Shown here: one piece after another, positions 24,847 through 26,110 of the stretch
How the letters are laid out: each line of letters opens with the position of its first letter
Numbering within the stretch: the stretch's first letter is position 1
Origin: a virus
Taxonomy: Duplodnaviria; Caudoviricetes
Strand: one strand, 5' to 3'
Length of the DNA: 26,110 nt
Virus record (IMG/VR): IMGVR_UViG_3300022867_000065
Location: 1-26,110 of that record
Made by a program: the position numbers and the translations under genes
Notes under the pieces: generated by a model
What the model was told of the DNA's origin: nothing
Seen by the model: only the letters and a program-made list of their open reading frames with translations
Database searches by the model: none

Positions 24847-25439
24847 TGCTCTCTCCGTTGTCGGTAGTACTTCGCTCTGCGGTCAAATATCTTTCTAACG
24901 CGCTGAAGGTAGGCCACATCCATTTTGTGCATGACCGAATTGCATTCAAGGCTATCGACAAGCTCTAGGCCGTAACGCTCAATCAGACCCTTTCGATACT
25001 CCAGCTCGTTACCTGACATATCACGGTTACACTCGACGCACTGACCGTGTATGTTCAAAATATTGAAGCGGAGGTTCCTGTATAACCCTCCCCGGCGCTT
25101 GAAGTGGCCTGCGTCAACGTAGTGCTTGTATGAGTCTGTTGGCCTGTGGGGTTTGTTGCAGCTAATGCAGGGCCTCCCATAGTCGCGTAGCAGGATGTAT
25201 CGGTTTACTGAATCCTGAGCTTTTTTGTCATGCCAGCTAACAGGCCTACTTTCATCCTTGCGCCTTCGGGTTTCAGCATTGAACGCCTTCTCAGCTTTCT
25301 TAGCCTCTTTCTTATAGTGGAGTGAAAGCCCACACGTAGGGCTACACGCGGCGGCATTACGCATGGTAGGAGTGAAGGTCTCGCCGCAGATAGCGCAGTC
25401 CTTTGCTTTACGCGCTCGGTTAAGTGGTGAGCGAATCAA
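24843..25439 (-). CDS. ninG: NinG/Rap-like recombination endonuclease
   Basis: CAIC...CSPTC, RD..RPCISC, DAGHF, LRF...NIHGQC..CN...SGN..EYR..LIERYG. Confidence 0.9.
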   Translation of the reverse strand: MIRSPLNRARKAKDCAICGETFTPTMRNAAACSPTCGLSLHYKKEAKKAEKAFNAETRRRKDESRPVSWHDKKAQDSVNRYILLRDYGRPCISCNKPHRPTDSYKHYVDAGHFKRRGGLYRNLRFNILNIHGQCVECNRDMSGNELEYRKGLIERYGLELVDSLECNSVMHKMDVAYLQRVRKIFDRRAKYYRQRREQ

Positions 25440-25599
25440 GCTCTATACCCAATATGGCATCCAGAAACGCCTCATGCTCTTTGTTGTTGATCGCTGCCAC
25501 TAGTATCTCTTCGCCGCGTAATGGGCCGTAGATAGCTATAAACTCCGCTGTAGTGGTTTCCCTGCCTAGATCGATTTCGCTTTTAGTTAACACAATCAT
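25420..25599 (-). CDS. Hypothetical protein (59 aa), not in the ORF track
   Basis: MIVLTKSEIDLGRETTTAEFIAIYGPLRGEEILVAAINNKEHEAFLDAILGIELDSLTT*; GGGAG RBS; ATGA coupling. Confidence 0.6.
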   Translation of the reverse strand: MIVLTKSEIDLGRETTTAEFIAIYGPLRGEEILVAAINNKEHEAFLDAILGIELDSLTT

Positions 25600-25736
25600 T
25601 TCTCTCCCGCCTCCAATCTCTCAGCTATGACATGCATAACCTTTTCAATCGATTCCAGTGAGTCAGCCATAGATACATGGGCATCTCTGAACTCCAGTAG
25701 TAATTCCATTAGCTGGGCTTCGGTGATTTCAGGCAT
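25596..25736 (-). CDS. Hypothetical protein (46 aa), not in the ORF track
   Basis: MPEITEAQLMELLLEFRDAHVSMADSLESIEKVMHVIAERLEAGEK*; overlaps the NinB-like stop and the next start. Confidence 0.55.
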   Translation of the reverse strand: MPEITEAQLMELLLEFRDAHVSMADSLESIEKVMHVIAERLEAGEK

Positions 25737-26110
25737 AGCTCTCAGCCTCGCTTGGGTTTATCAGGGAAAGCCCCTGCTTGCTGAACTCTCGAATCACTGT
25801 CTCGATATATTCCGTAGCCTGTGGTTTCTTCATCCGGCTTGTGACCGGCAAGATATCCATAGCCAATAGCTTTTCCTCGGTCGTCAGGTGCTGCATGATG
25901 CTTTTGGTGTACATGGCGCTAAAGGCTTCGTCATAGGCCAGCAAGATAGGAATACCGAAATAGGCTTTACAGTGCCTGCGGACATCAACCACGCTCTCGT
26001 CTTCCTTTTGCGCTGCTATCTGGCCGTACAGAGCATTAATCATGGCGTTCTGGTCTAAGCTTCTATCCTCGCGCAGAAACTGCACCGTGGGAGGCTTGCC
26101 TGCCGCTCTA
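25729..26110 (-). CDS. ninB: NinB-like recombination protein (probably 5'-partial)
   Basis: RSLDQNA..ALYGQIA, CK..FG.PIL and TSRMKK.Q..EYIE motifs; the frame stays open to the window edge. Confidence 0.78.
   Translation of the reverse strand, partial: RAAGKPPTVQFLREDRSLDQNAMINALYGQIAAQKEDESVVDVRRHCKAYFGIPILLAYDEAFSAMYTKSIMQHLTTEEKLLAMDILPVTSRMKKPQATEYIETVIREFSKQGLSLINPSEAESYA

Noticed and set aside
1-26110. tRNA, integrase/att site, intron/intein, reverse transcriptase (DGR), stop-codon recoding
   Set aside because: None seen: core genes have normal lengths, are uninterrupted under the standard code and end in all three stop codons.

Overview
Phage or prophage DNA with a P22-like (podovirus-type) late region on the minus strand. 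Read right to left, it carries a lambdoid nin-type block (partial NinB, NinG, DUF3310, a Zn-ribbon protein), then terminase small and large subunits and portal. A ~5 kb block of five genes not found at this position in P22 follows: a coiled-coil protein, a signal-peptide/TSP3/alpha-beta-hydrolase protein, a beta-helix protein and two repeat proteins. Next come scaffold, P22-type coat, gp4-like, gp10-like and needle-position genes, a 2OG-Fe(II) oxygenase/GNAT pair, four ejection-type proteins, a short tail-fibre/adaptor, and a lysis block (membrane protein, 3TM holin, M15 peptidase endolysin). Four small plus-strand genes converge on the lysis block at the left edge. The strongest non-coding signal is a promoter-like motif found twice, before terS and before the coat gene: TWGACACAM-N9-KTGTGCATAGACT-N6-CGG, with sigma70-like hexamers, a 19-bp spacer and an internal dyad. 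Each copy is followed by a leader whose extreme 5' end can base-pair with its own ribosome-binding region. All calls come from motif recognition and gene order by eye; no searches were run.
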